A stretch of 64,000 nucleotides of DNA, taken from positions 46,624,001-46,688,000 of the forward strand of contig NC_043015.1 of NCBI RefSeq assembly GCF_006345805.1, given 5' to 3'. The notes under the pieces are model-generated. The model saw only the letters and a program-made list of their open reading frames with translations. It was not told the origin of the DNA and ran no database searches. Made by a program: the position numbers and the translations under genes. The first letter of the stretch is position 1; each line of letters begins with the position of its first letter. This stretch comes from Octopus sinensis (taxonomy: Eukaryota). Below, in pieces: positions 38,360-51,380 of the stretch.

Positions 38360-38745
38360 TCATCATCATCATCATCGTTTAACGTCTGCTTTCCATGCTA
38401 GCATGAGTTGGACAGTTTGATTGAGGACTGGCGAACCAGATGCCTGCGCCAGGCTCCACTCTTGATCTGGCAGAGTTTCTACAGCTTGATGCCCTTCCTA
38501 ACGCCAACCACTCTGAGAGTTTAGTGGGTGCTTTTACATGACACCGGCACGAGGGCCAGTCAGGCGTTACTGGCAACGGCCATGCTCAAATGGTGTTTTT
38601 TACGTGCCACCTGCACAGGAGCCAGTCCAGTGGTACTGGCAACGACCTCACTCGAATGTTTTTTCATGTGCCACCGGCACAAGTGCCAGTAAGGTGATGC
38701 TGGTAACGATCACACCCGAATGGTGCTTTTTATGTGTCACACAAC
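38360..38745 (-). mobile_element. RTE 3'-UTR-only copy
   Basis: Family match with (CAT)n end. Confidence 0.85.
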
Positions 38746-38927
38746 TGTCTGACAAACAGGAGCATGAAACTCTGAGTAACAGTTCTGTAATAATTTTGCA
38801 GCTTTAATAAAAAGTATGTTATTCTACCTTTGGTATTCGAGTACTAATTTTTCCACCTTGTTTTGCACTTATATGCTCACCTGCGTGTGTGTGTTTGCGT
38901 GTAAACTATATTTTCTGATGTGCCCTT

Positions 38928-39350
38928 GGATCTTTTCGGTTTAAACGGCAGTTTTTTTCTAGCAGTGTCATATGAAATTGTCACCCATAATTATGACCCT
39001 AGTATCGATCTATTGCAATTCAATCTGTTTTAGGGTTAGGGTTAGGGGTGGGTGGAAGGCTATCTTTTTTCTTCAGAAATGTAAATAAACCCAATCTGTT
39101 TCTTAAACGAGGGACATATTCATACGGCACAGAATGTTTTTTTTTTACCTCAATAGACGTCATTGATTGGTTGAAATTGCAGAAATTGAAGAAAAAAATC
39201 AACAAATATCTTACAAACCATAGAATTTTCTCAATAAAGCCAAGAGAAAAAGATGTTTTATAAACACATTCTACCAGTATACGAAGTTTAAAAGTGTTTA
39301 GTTACGTGGAAATTATTTTTAAAAAACTGCTGTTCAAACCGAAAAGACCC
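38928..39350 (-). mobile_element. Merlin-like MITE (copy 4)
   Basis: TIRs as above; 8-bp TSD GTGCCCTT/GTGTCCTT (7/8). Confidence 0.85.
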
Positions 39351-39624
39351 GTGTCCTTTTCTAATTTAAGAGAATAGGGTGTGAGTGAAGGAGGTTTATC
39401 TGCCTTTTCTAGCAGGCTAAGCAATCATGTGTAAGCTCTCTTGCTGAGTACTGAGACCAGCTGATATATATGTTCATCTTACATTGTGGAAATTGCATTT
39501 TTACAGTTAATAGAAGACACAGACCAAACAATGCCCATCACCTGCGAGAAAACTCTCCTCCCTTCTCTCTCACTTTCTCATATTTTCCAGAGAAGGTCGT
39601 TAGAGGAAGGGCTGGCAATGTTTT

Positions 39625-40045
39625 GGTTACTCTTTACTCTTTTACTTGTTTCAGTCATTTGACTGTGGCCATGCTGGAGCACCGCCTTTAGTCGAGCAAA
39701 TCGACCCCGGGACTAATTCTTTTGTAAGCCCAGTACTTATTCTATCGGTCTTTTTTGCTGAACCGCTAAGTGACAGGGACGTAAATACACCAGCATCGGT
39801 TGTCAAGCAATGCTAGGGGGACAAACACAGACACACAAACACACACACACATATATATATATTATATATATATATATACATATATACGACAGGCTTCTTT
39901 CAGTTTCCGTCTACCAAATCCACTCACAAGGCATTGGTTGGCCCGGGGCTATAGTAGTAGACACTTGCCCAAGATGCCACGTAGTGAGAATGAACCCGGA
40001 ACCATGTGGTTGGTTAGCAAGCTACTTACCACACAGCCACTCCTG
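39625..40045 (-). mobile_element. S2 SINE, full length
   Basis: Family match. Confidence 0.88.
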
Positions 40046-40725
40046 CGTATATAATAATTATATTATTTTCATTCTAAGGATGAGTATGTGAAGATGTGTG
40101 CTTTTTTATTAATAATTCTAACAGTGTTTGAGATATGAGAGGAAACAATATTGTATGAAGTCGAGAATAATTTCAATTAACCTGATATGAGTTTCTAATA
40201 CACCGTTAGATACGTTTCAAATTAAGTCATCGTTTAGTTTCCATGTTATTTTATTCTTTTATATTCATTATTTACAGCGAGGAGAAAAAAAAAATCGATG
40301 TCATATCTTGAAATGAAAACAATTGGCTCGGGGACAAGAATTTTACAACAGTGTTGACAACAACAATAAGTTTTACAATTTAAAGTACATTCATTAATCA
40401 ATACATAAAAAGAAAGAGAAAAAAGAACTCCAAAAAAAAAACAAGAGCAAAAGAGAGAAAAGAAAGGAAGGAAAAAAGGAAAGAAAGAAAGAAAGAAGCA
40501 AATAAGTTCTAAATGCAAGATTAAGAGATGATTGCAAAGATATGTCAATTAACTTAGCGATCGTTTCTGATATGACAATCTGAGTGCTGAACATATATAT
40601 ACATACAAACGTGTGCCTAGATATATGTGTGCATGCGTATAAATATGCATGCGTATATACATACACACATACACGCAAACACAGATAAACATACACTGTA
40701 TATTTATATATATGCATGTATATAC

Positions 40726-40780
<55 letters not shown>

Positions 40781-40788
40781 ATACACAC

Positions 40789-40821
<33 letters not shown>

Positions 40822-40831
40822 ATTATATATA

Positions 40832-40948
<117 letters not shown>

Positions 40949-41051
40949 TTGTATATTGAAACAGGTGTTGGTTATGTAAGGCGGTATATAAATTAAAGAA
41001 TTAAAAGTAATGCTATGCAACTTTACAGTAATCCTTATTACTAATGTTGTT

Positions 41052-41122
<71 letters not shown>

Positions 41123-42529
41123 ATGTATGTATTTACACACACATACATGTCATCATTTGTCATATTAAATGCAGGCACACTATTAGAAGTTATGATACTG
41201 TGCAATTGTCTGAGATGAAATCTCCTCACAGACTTGTGTTAGAAACACAAAATATATTGAAGTGAGACGAACAACATCAATGCAATGACTCACAAGAACA
41301 AGAGATGCGTTTCGTCTTTAGATGTGTATCAATGCCAAACAGCCAACAACTGTCACCTGCCTAAATGAATTACATTCCTTGATATACAGAAAACAGTGTA
41401 TAATTGTTTATCGCGACTGCAATATGGCTGTCCCATAGGAACCAAAGTTACTACCATTTTACTCCCAGAAGGATACTTCCTTCAGTTGGTTAGTCGATGC
41501 AATCTGCATCCACTATATATTGCAAGCAGGGGAGTAAATGCCTACCATCATCCACCGACAGGACCCCCAGACCATACGGTTTCAAATTATTTGTGCTATT
41601 CTTCAGCGGTGGATACTTGTTCACAAGAGATAGTAGTTTGCTCCAGCTCGCAATGTATAGAAAAATAAGTAACAAGCAATCACTGATCTTACATCAAGCA
41701 AATTAGCTAGTCAGAAAATCTCTCTATATAAGATAAAAGCATTAACTATACTAAGAATAATGCTTATTGCCACTTCATCATGCCTGTTCTGTAGGAACTG
41801 ACGTTTCTACCATTTTAACCCCAGGAGGACGCCTCAACCAGCTGGTTATTCGATGTAATCTGCACCCGTTATATATTACAAGCAGGGGAGCGAACCCCAC
41901 CATTTTCCAACGCTGGGACCACCAAAATTTATATAGGAACTTACTATTTCACACTAATTCTAATTGAGAATTTCATTGAGTATACGTGCGCGCGCATGTG
42001 TGTGTGGAATGAAATCCTGTAATAGCATTATATAATATGAAAAATGGCGAGCTGGCAGAATCATTATCACACTGGACAAAATGCTTAGCGGTATTTCGCC
42101 CGTCGCTACGTTCTGGGTTCAAATTCTGCCAAGGTCAACTTTGCCTTTCATCCTACATACATAGTTCAACTTACAAGTTTATGTGCGAAAAACAAAATAG
42201 AAATTTCGAAAAAAGTTTCTATAAAACTAGTTTTTAAACATCGAATGGCTATGGGAGTCCACCAGACTAGAATAGTACTCAAAAGGGTCCTTGGAAAAAA
42301 AAATGTTGAGAATGCCTGACGTAGAGGTTCTCATCGCTGTAACAGGAGTTTATAAACTAGATTCATTGGTGGCTTTGCGAAATGCATGATCTTCACAACA
42401 CACATTCCTGCCACAGCTTACACCATCACCATAATTTCAACCCTAAATATCTGTGTGAAAAGTATGGCTGCATCCGAAAATATATATATTATGAAACAAA
42501 AATAAACACAAAATTTATTACACGAATCT

Positions 42530-42858
42530 GTTACCACCACGACAGTCAACCACTTGACGCCGAACACGAGTTTGATGTTGAATACATCCACGAATTTTCC
42601 GCCAATAGCATTGACCATTCTTTCTTGCAGAGCAGCATTTTTGACAAGGCTTGGTCGCCCAGAACGCTGTTTTATCTGTATTGTTCCACGAAGAGTTGCA
42701 GTTTTATAAATTCGCGCTGGTATATTGCGGTCTACTTGAAAGGCATTGCAAAGATCACTCACTGTTTCATTTGCGACCCCATCTTTAATTTGCTGGTAGC
42801 GTAGAAGTATTGCCAGTCTATCTCTCTCACTAATTTGTTCATATCGCCTGCGAGCCAT
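42530..42858 (-). pseudogene. Tc1/IS630-like transposase relic, probably internally deleted
   Basis: MARRRYEQISERDRLAILLRYQQ...DLCNAFQVDRNIPARIYK...QRSGRP resembles a paired-like HTH. An alternative frame gives RRQVVDCRGGN, like the Tc1 C-terminus. Confidence 0.6.
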
Positions 42859-42964
42859 CTAAAGTTAATAATGATTCTGCTAACTCCACGTGTAAACATG
42901 TGTTGAATAGAACTCACTGAATAAATCTTAATTAACTGTTTGTCAATTGTATGCACCTGACATA

Positions 42965-43352
42965 TGCTGGATGGAAGCACTCTGTCGGTTACGATGATGA
43001 GGGTTCCGGTTGATCCGAATCAACGGAACAGCCTGCTCGTGAAATTAACGTGTAAGTGGCTGAGCACTCCACAGACACGTGTACCCTTAACGTAGTTCTC
43101 GGGGATATTCAGCGTGACACAGAGAGTGACAAGGCCGGTCCCTTGAAATACAGGTACAACAGAAACAGGAAGTAAGAGTGAGAGAAAGTTGTGGTGAAAG
43201 AGTACAGCAGGGATCACCACCATCCCCTGCCGGAGCCTCGTGGATCTTGTAGGTGTTTTCGCTCAATAAACACTCACAACGCCCGGTCTGGGAATCGAAA
43301 CCGCGATCCTATGACCGCGAGTCTGCTGCCCTAACCACTGGGCCATTGCGCC
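42965..43352 (-). mobile_element. S3 SINE, full length
   Basis: Reverse complement of 52538-52918 with few differences. Confidence 0.9.
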
Positions 43353-44063
43353 TTCATATGCTAACGTGTATACAGCCAGACTTTTTACACAGAGGATATA
43401 TAATAATTCATAGCACCAAATTCCTCGAGTGGTTTTGCAATAGCAGCAACACTGTTGATCGAATATGTTCATGTCTAAACTTGAAAGTATCTATCAGGAG
43501 TGCATATCTAACGTAAATCAACATTCCTTTCTCTGTGCACTGATTTTTAAACTCAAATAACTAAAGTTTGCTATTTATTTGTTCGAAGAGATGTGTAAGA
43601 CTAACATTTCTGGATCATGACTAAATAATAGGATCAATTAAGTTAGACTAATTAAACCTACCACTTGATGATGCTCATGGTCGGTCTTTGCATCTCATTG
43701 TTTGCTTATAACATTGTCATACAAGCAACGAGTGGTACAACCAGTAAATTCAGGATGGTTGGTAGCAGAACCAGTGGGAAACGGAGCGGGGGCACCAGAA
43801 CTGGGTGGTGAATGGCAGAATTGGGTGTGGTTGTCAATCCTATGGCATGGCTTTTCTCATATTAGGTAGACTGATAGGTTGCATGTGTTGACAATAACCA
43901 CACTCAAATTCGTTTGAGTTCCTAAAATATACTTACCACCGTACTATATTTACATACGTACATTCAGTGAATTAATATTAATTTCAAATTTTAGTACAAC
44001 ACCAGCGAAGTCGGGGATGGAGGGACGTCGATTACATCGATACCCGTCTTTAACTGGTACTTA

Positions 44064-44235
44064 GGATCTTTTCTGTTTGATAGACGGAATTTTCTAGTTA
44101 ACTAAACAATTTGAAACTTCGTATACTGGTAGAATGTGTCAAAAGAAAACATTATTGTAAACAAAATTGAAAACAAAATTGTAATTCGTAACTTAAGTTA
44201 ACTAGAAAATTCCGTCTATCAAACAGAAAAGATCC
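44064..44235. mobile_element. short Merlin-like MITE inserted in an S1 SINE
   Basis: GGATCTTTTCTG...CAGAAAAGATCC; perfect 8-bp TSD GGTACTTA. Confidence 0.88.
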
Positions 44236-45668
44236 GGTACTTATTTCATCGACCCCGAAAGATGACAGGCAAAATCGATCTCGGTCGAATTTGAATTCAG
44301 AATGTGAAGACGGACGAAATGCTGCTATGCATTTTGCCCCACCGTTCGTTCCAATGATTCTACCAGCTTGCCGCCGGGCGAAATGCTTAGAGGTATTTTG
44401 TCTGTCTTTACGTCCTGAGTTCAAATTCCGCCGAGGTCGACTTTGCCTTTCATCCTTTCGGGGTCGATAAATTAAGTACCAGTTGTGTAATGGGGTCGAT
44501 CTAATCGACTGGCCCCTTCCCCCAAAATTTCGGGCTTTGTGCCTAGAGTAGAAACAAAATGAATACTGGGAAATATTTCGTTATTGGTCTTACCTAATAT
44601 TGTGAAAGTTGTATGGGTGCAATCCATCGAACGGGCTTCCACATCGTTTCCATGTATCCAGTTTCACTATTAATACGCGAGTTGACCCAATGCAATGATA
44701 AATGGAGCTTATACAAACTGCCCAGAAGTGGATTGAACTCAAACTCTCATGATCGCGAAGCCAACTTCTAAACCATTTGGCCATGCAGCCTCTAATTATT
44801 CGTGAACTGTCTTAGATCAATCAACTCTCTTTCGGCTGTCCATCTTAAAACGACGTTGACTGTTCTTGTTCAGAAATCATCACTGGTAGGCTCGCATGTG
44901 GGACTACAAGGCCTGCTCTTGATCTGCAGCAGTGATGACATTTGCTGTAGGTGCATCCACTTGACCCAACGAAGAAGTGACGCTTCACATGTGCGCTTTC
45001 GTATTCTCTCTATCAATCAATTAACAATTGTATGGTCATATGCCACAAGTCACTGCTACTCTCAACCATGGTGTTTAATCCCAAGTCAGTTCAGTCTTAA
45101 GTCATCTTACCTCTTTTTCATATTTTCGGGTGTAGTGCAATCTAGGACTTCATTATATAATGTGTCCTCTCTGTTTTAACATTGTTTTGATGTGGAACAA
45201 AGGAGATTTGACTGTTATTTCTCACGCAGCTTCTATATTGTCCATGTTCGATCTTTGAAGCAGAAGGATACATTGGATAAAGATCTAGAAACATTATGCA
45301 CGGACAATGAAGACTGGGTGGACACATCCAGAATGCTTTTAATAATACATGAACTTGGTCAGAGCTGATTGGAGCGGGAAATGGTTGATAAGCAACAATA
45401 ACTTCATCAGACGATATACTAAAAGGATCATATCAACGTAGTTGTTTTCTTTGACTTGGTCAGTAATTTTGTGACTGATTTGACGAAGGAATGATAGAAA
45501 AGATGATTTGTACTTGACGATGACGATGATATAATTCTTTACTACCCACAAGGGGCTAAACATAGAGTGGACAAACAAGGACAGACAAAGGGAGAAAGTC
45601 GATTACATCGACCCGATGACGATGACGTCGAAGACGATGACAATGATGATGATGAACAGGAGGATGAG

Positions 45669-45922
45669 AATACTATTTGAGAAGAGTGGTCCCGGTGCGC
45701 GCACTCGCGCATCCGCGCTAGCAAGTCGTGACTAGTCGATCCTTACTTTGTGTTTTTGTTTTATTTACTTTGTTTTTAAAAATTATTTACTTTGTGTAAA
45801 AAAATTATTTATTTTGTGTTTTATTTACTTTGCTAGGTAGTCTTTGCAGGATCGACTAGTCACGACTAGCTAGCGCGGATGCGCGAGTGCGCGCACCGGG
45901 ACCACTCTTCTTAAATAGTACC
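45669..45922. mobile_element. MITE with ~73-bp CpG-rich TIRs
   Basis: TACTATTT(G/A)AGAAGAGTGGTCCCGGTGCGCGCACTCGCGCATCCGCGCTAGC...GTCGTGACTAGTCGATCCT is inverted at both ends; AT-rich core. Confidence 0.85.
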
Positions 45923-46438
45923 GACGGTGAGGATGTTGGTGATACCTATAACGAAAACATGAGCGTTTTGTTGTTGTTGTTGTTGTTGTGTGTGTGTGTG
46001 TGCGCGCGCGCGGCCAATATACCCTCTTGTTAGCTATTGATTTGAGCGATATGAGATCGATATCAAAATATGGATTGAGCACTATAATCAACCAGAACGC
46101 ATTATCGATAATGTCATATGCTGAAAAATGGTCCAAACGTGTAAACAAAAGGCAGAGAGAGATGTCAGAATAACATGAAAACATCTGGCGAGAGATAATC
46201 ATGGACTTTATAATGCCTACTTTTTGATTAGAGCTGGTCTCACTTCAAAGGTAAAAAGAACATTAAAAACAAAAAATGAAAAGAAAAGTAATGCTTTATT
46301 GATTTTGTTTTGTCGTTTTATATTTTCAGCTGGTTGCTTTGATTCTTAACGAAAAAAGAAAGCGGTTAAATGGTATTTTTCGAGTATTAAAAGAGAAATA
46401 AAGATAAATAAAAAAAAAAAGATAGAAATTAATAAAAC

Positions 46439-46858
46439 GGCGATCTTTCGTCTCTAGTAGACCTTTCCGTCGATTTCCGTAAAAAACTTCTTTTTTTTTT
46501 ACATATGGGCTTGAGGGAACTTTTGAAGTAATGAGAGCGAAAGAGACTAAGAGAAAGCGATTGTATGACGAGGGAAGTTCTTTTGAAGTTACCGTGCATG
46601 GAAAGCATTGATGTACATGTGTGTGTGTGTTTGATGGGGTGTGGGAGACAGACAGTATGTTGTGTAAGTGAAGTGCTTCTGTTAGTGTGTGTGAAGAAAC
46701 AGAGTAATGTGTGAAAGAAAGAGATAACTGAAATTTTTTACTCGGTGTATGTGTATATGTAAGTATATTACTTCAAAAGTTCCCGCAAGCCCATATGTAA
46801 AAAAAAAAAATTTTTTACGGAAATCGACGGAAAGGTCTACTAGAGATGAAAGATCGCC
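46439..46858. mobile_element. MITE with ~90-bp TIRs
   Basis: GGCGATCTTTC.TCTCTAGTAGACCTTTCCGTCGATTTCCGTAAAAAA...ACATATGGGCTTG.GGGAACTTTTGAAGTAAT is inverted at the other end; AAAC flanks both sides. Confidence 0.85.
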
Positions 46859-47054
46859 AAACTACGATCTGAACTAATATACCAGGGATCAGTAACTTCT
46901 TTTTGGAAAATTTGCACTTTTGATTTTGTTTTTTCCGTTTGCCCATGACCTACATTTATGAATTTAAGTGTCCGGAGAAAATGTCACAGTTTTAGCTAGA
47001 AAAAAAAGTCACTGGAAAAAATGTCATATTTTATTTAAATAAGAAAGTAATGAA

Positions 47055-48040
47055 GGATCTTTTCGGTTTGAACGGCAGTTTTTAACATAATTTCTAGGTA
47101 ACTAAAAAATTTTAAACTTCGTATACTGGTAGAATGTGTTTATAAAACATCTTTTTCTCTTGGTTTTATTGAGAAAATTCTATAGTTTGTAAGATATTTG
47201 TTGTTTTTTTTCTTCAATTTCTGCAATTTCAACCAATCACTGACGTCTATTGAGGTAAACAACATTCTGTGCCGTATGAATATGAAGGAATGATAGAAAA
47301 GATGATTTGTACTTGACGATGAAGATATGTTTCTTTACTACCCACAAGGGGCTAAACATAGAGTGGACAAACAAGGCCAGACAAAGGGATTAAGTCGATT
47401 ACATTTCGTATACTGGTAGAATGTGTTTATAAAACATTTTTTCTCTTGGTTTTATTGAGAAAATTCTATAGTTTGTAAGATATTTGTTGTTTTTTTCTTC
47501 AATTTCTGCAATTTCAACCAATCACTGACGTCTATTGAGGTAAACACATTCTGTGCCGTATGAATATGAAGGAATGATAGAAAAGATGATTTGTACTTGA
47601 CGATGAAGATATGTTTCTTTACTACCCACAAGGGGCTAAACATAGAGTGGACAAACAAGGCCAGACAAAGGGATTAAGTCGATTACATTTCGTATACTGG
47701 TAGAATATGTTTATAAAACACTTTTTTCTCTTGGCTTTATTGAGAAAATTCTATAGTTTGTGAGATATTTGTTGTTGTTTTTTTCTTCAATTTCTGCAAT
47801 TTCAACCAATCACTGACGTCTATTGAGGTAAACAACATTCTGTGCCGTATGAATATGTCCCTCGTTTAAGAAACAGATTGGATTTATTTACATTTCTGAA
47901 GAAAAAAAAGATACCCTTCCCCCCCACCCCTAACCCTAAAACAGATTGAAATGCAATAGATTGATACTAGGGTCATAATTATGGGTGACAATTTCATATG
48001 ACACCGCTACAAAAAACTGCCGTTCAAACCGAAAAGATCC
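47055..48040 (+). mobile_element. composite Merlin-like MITE with internal 284-bp duplication
   Basis: Both TIRs present; TSD GTAATGAA/TTAATGAA; foreign 121-bp segments at 47284-47404 and 47568-47688. Confidence 0.85.
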
Positions 48041-48467
48041 TTAATGAAACACAAATGAAACGAAAAAAATTATTTTAAATCAGTTACTGACACTATATGA
48101 CTTATATACAATTTATCTATGGAAACCAATATAAACCTTTTATTTAATTTCTTAAGCAAAGTAAGACAATGGAGCAACAAATAAATAAATAAAGTCATTT
48201 ATTGATAATACATGACATGTACAGATTGAAAATATTTTTCACAGTATGGTGGTATTACATGTATATTCAATAATTTTAATTGTAATGACGAAGAAGAATA
48301 TTCCAACCGACGACATGAAGAAGCTCTATCAGTCTTGTAGTTCTCCCTTCAAGCAACACACAAATTATAGAAGTGTTCTTGTAGCTGCTTGTAAACTTTT
48401 TTCTTTGACTTTTTTTCCCTGGATCCATAAATGGTAGAGTACCTTTTATTGGAATATAACACGTATG

Positions 48468-48859
48468 TTATCTTTTCCTTTTGAACGGCACTTTTCAACA
48501 CAATTTCTAGTTAACTAAACACTTTTAAACTTCATATACTGGTAGAATGTGTCAAAATAAAACATTTTTTTCTCTTGGCTTTCTTGAGAAAATTGTAATT
48601 TGTAAGTTTAACGTAAGGGTTAGTGACAGGATGTTGTCTCAGTTTTAGACGCAGCAAATGATTTTAGCTCAAAAGAGGGCATAGGATCGGTTAAAATTCG
48701 AAAAATTAAACTACGTTAAACTTACAAATTACAATTTTCTCAAGAAAGCCAAGAGAAAAAAATGTTTTATTTTGATACATTCTACCAGTATACGAAGTTT
48801 TAAAGTGTTTAGTTAACTAGAAATTGTGTTGAAAAGTGCCGTTCAAAAGGAAAAGATCC
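48468..48859. mobile_element. Merlin-like MITE variant with ~145-bp inverted ends
   Basis: Both ends resemble the left end of the family; perfect 8-bp TSD CACGTATG. Confidence 0.85.
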
Positions 48860-49008
48860 CACGTATGTATATGATACATATATAATACAAAACCACATTA
48901 GAAATATAAAACAGAGAAAGAAAAAATGGAAAAAGAGGAACAAAGAAAGGAAAAAAAAGTGACATCAATGCAGTATCATGTGCCTTAGTGTGTTGCACAC
49001 CACAAGGT

Positions 49009-49560
49009 TCAACGGAACTTACTGAAGCAAGCCAACATGCTAGCAGCATTACCACGGGTGATAGCGAGGCTAAGGTGTTAGAACAGCCAAGTACCCTCAT
49101 GGGCATCTGTAAGGCGAGTTGCCAACGATGACAAGAACATTAGCAGCCCAGCCCCTCCAGACGCCACAGGCTGGAAGAAATGGTTCACTGAGAGGTCTCG
49201 ATACTTAAAGATTTTATTCCGTTCGGCTACAGAATCAGTGGCCCTCCCATTTACTGCAGCATCCGGGATGTGAGAGGGAGCAAAGGAGTCACTCACTGTA
49301 GTGTTCCAGATGAGGCACCTCCCTCTTACCTAAGGACAGAGGGTAAGACCATCTGGTATCTTCCGGTTATTTCTGGATAATCCTGCCAGTTCCAGAACTG
49401 AAGAGGATAGTAACCCGAGCCAGGGTCTGCTTAATTAAGTTTAGCTCGGTGTGACAAGCGAAATGACCAGCATTTAGGGGGAAAGACAAACCATGGAGAC
49501 CTGTGGAGTCGAGGGGTCTACCACAGCAATGACACAGTCCCCCCACACACACAGATGTCG
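49009..49560 (-). mobile_element. RLE-type (CRE-like) non-LTR retrotransposon C-terminal fragment
   Basis: CCGRPLDSTGLHGLS...H.ELNLIK...KIPDGLTLCP*VRGRCLIWNTTVSDSFAP...KIFKYRDL...F*HLSLAITRGNAAS: zinc-knuckle remnant plus PD-(D/E)xK endonuclease region. Confidence 0.78.
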
Positions 49561-49740
49561 GCTTCCACTCTGAGTGCGATAGAGATGCGGAGTTCTATCA
49601 TATCTTACACCCCCACCCCAAAAAAAACATCACATATTCGTTCATTTCCATCACTGACAATGTTTATTTAAGCAAAAATCGCAACACAAAAGATCATCTA
49701 AATACCATTCTCCTTTTTAACAATAGTGTGTGTGTGTGTG

Positions 49741-49799
<59 letters not shown>

Positions 49800-50490
49800 T
49801 AATATTAGGGAGGAAATCCAAACTTACAGGGAAAAATTAGATTTAGGATTAAATCTAATTTTATAGTATAAATATATATATTTATTAAATTAGAGATAAA
49901 ACCACTATCAGGCAAATCAAACAGTGAAAATCATAAACCAATACATAGAAATAAAATTAATTAACAAAATATATAAAATATAAAATTCAAAATTTAAAGT
50001 TAAAATTTAAAAAATTATTTAAATTAATAATTTATACTTATAAATTATATATATATATATATATTTATTATTATTATTATTTTTTATTATTATTATATAT
50101 ACACACACACACATATTCTTTAAAAGCAATACCAATCTAATTTTGTCAATTATCAGTCTTCCATACATCGTATATATATATATATATATATATATAAGGA
50201 TCGGTTTGTATGTATATGCAGAGTTGATGCAACCGTGATGTACTGGTGGTCTGAGAACTAGCCTTCTATAACTGTACTGATTTGTAATTGTACTCCGTAA
50301 TATGTAGCATACATATTGGAAGGGTGGGGGGGTGAACATGTAAAGTAATTTATTATACACTGAAATTATTATTACATGATAAAGGCTGTGAAAGGGCCGT
50401 AATATCAGGTGGTGAAATATATTCACACCATACCATTTGACTTTCTATGCTCTCCCTCCCTACCCTCTCTCTCCTCTCCCTCTCTCTATA

Positions 50491-51380
50491 TATTGGATCA
50501 TCCCATAAATAATGTATTTTTTTATATTTTTTTTTCAAAATTAAGATAAACTATCGTCGTCATCATCATCATCATCTTTTAACGTCCGCTTTCCATGCTA
50601 GCATGGGTTGGTTCTTTTTTAATCTAAAATATACTCTCCTTTATTTTCTACAATGCTCTTCCATCTAGCTAATAGACTTGCAAGGCCCCTCTTCCAAAAT
50701 CTACTCGTCCGTGATGAAAAATACTCCATGATCTTGAAGACTGTGGAATAAATGATGGGGTGATGTCTGGCGAATATGGTGCTCCAGCCTTTGGAATGTC
50801 ATCCTCGCTGTATGTGACCAAACATTATCCTGATGGAAGAATGCTTTTCGTCTTGAAACCAAAGATGGTCGTTTTTCTACTTGTGCAGGTGTCGATGAAT
50901 GGTTGAATGACCAAATCCAAGCTTCTCTGCTTGTTCCCCAACAGTTATGATGGGATTTTGTTCCACCAGGGTTTGCAGGATGTCCTCGTCGAGTTTTACA
51001 GATCTTCCAGGACGAAGCTCGTCTTCTAGGCTGTAGTTTCCGGCTCAGAATTTCTGGAACCACTGTTGACACTGGCTTACACTTATTGTCTGATTCCCAT
51101 ATTATATTAATATTCCTTGCACTTTCCATTGTGTTGTTGCCTTTATTGAACCCATAAAGCAAAATATGCTGAATATGCTCCTTTGTCACTTCCATTATAG
51201 CTTTGAAAAAATAACTGTTAAAATCGAATTGCACTCTTCAAAATTTCCACTAAGAATAAGTGCAAGGTAAAATTACTACCTGCTTTTATAGCAAGTTGAT
51301 GCAGGTAGTTTATCCTGTACCCTTCCAACTTTTAGTACATGCAATTGAAAAAACTGCATTATTTATGGGATGACCCAATA
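50491..51380 (-). mobile_element. internally deleted mariner with both TIRs
   Basis: TIRs TATTGG(G/A)TCATCCCATAAATAATG. MEVTKEHIQHILLYGFNKGNN, then after a frameshift QCQRWFQKF...LEDE; FHQDN motif. Confidence 0.92.

Noticed and set aside
49800-49960. Possible further decayed hammerhead on the minus strand (CTGATAG...)
   Set aside because: Both core boxes are broken, so it cannot be supported from this copy.
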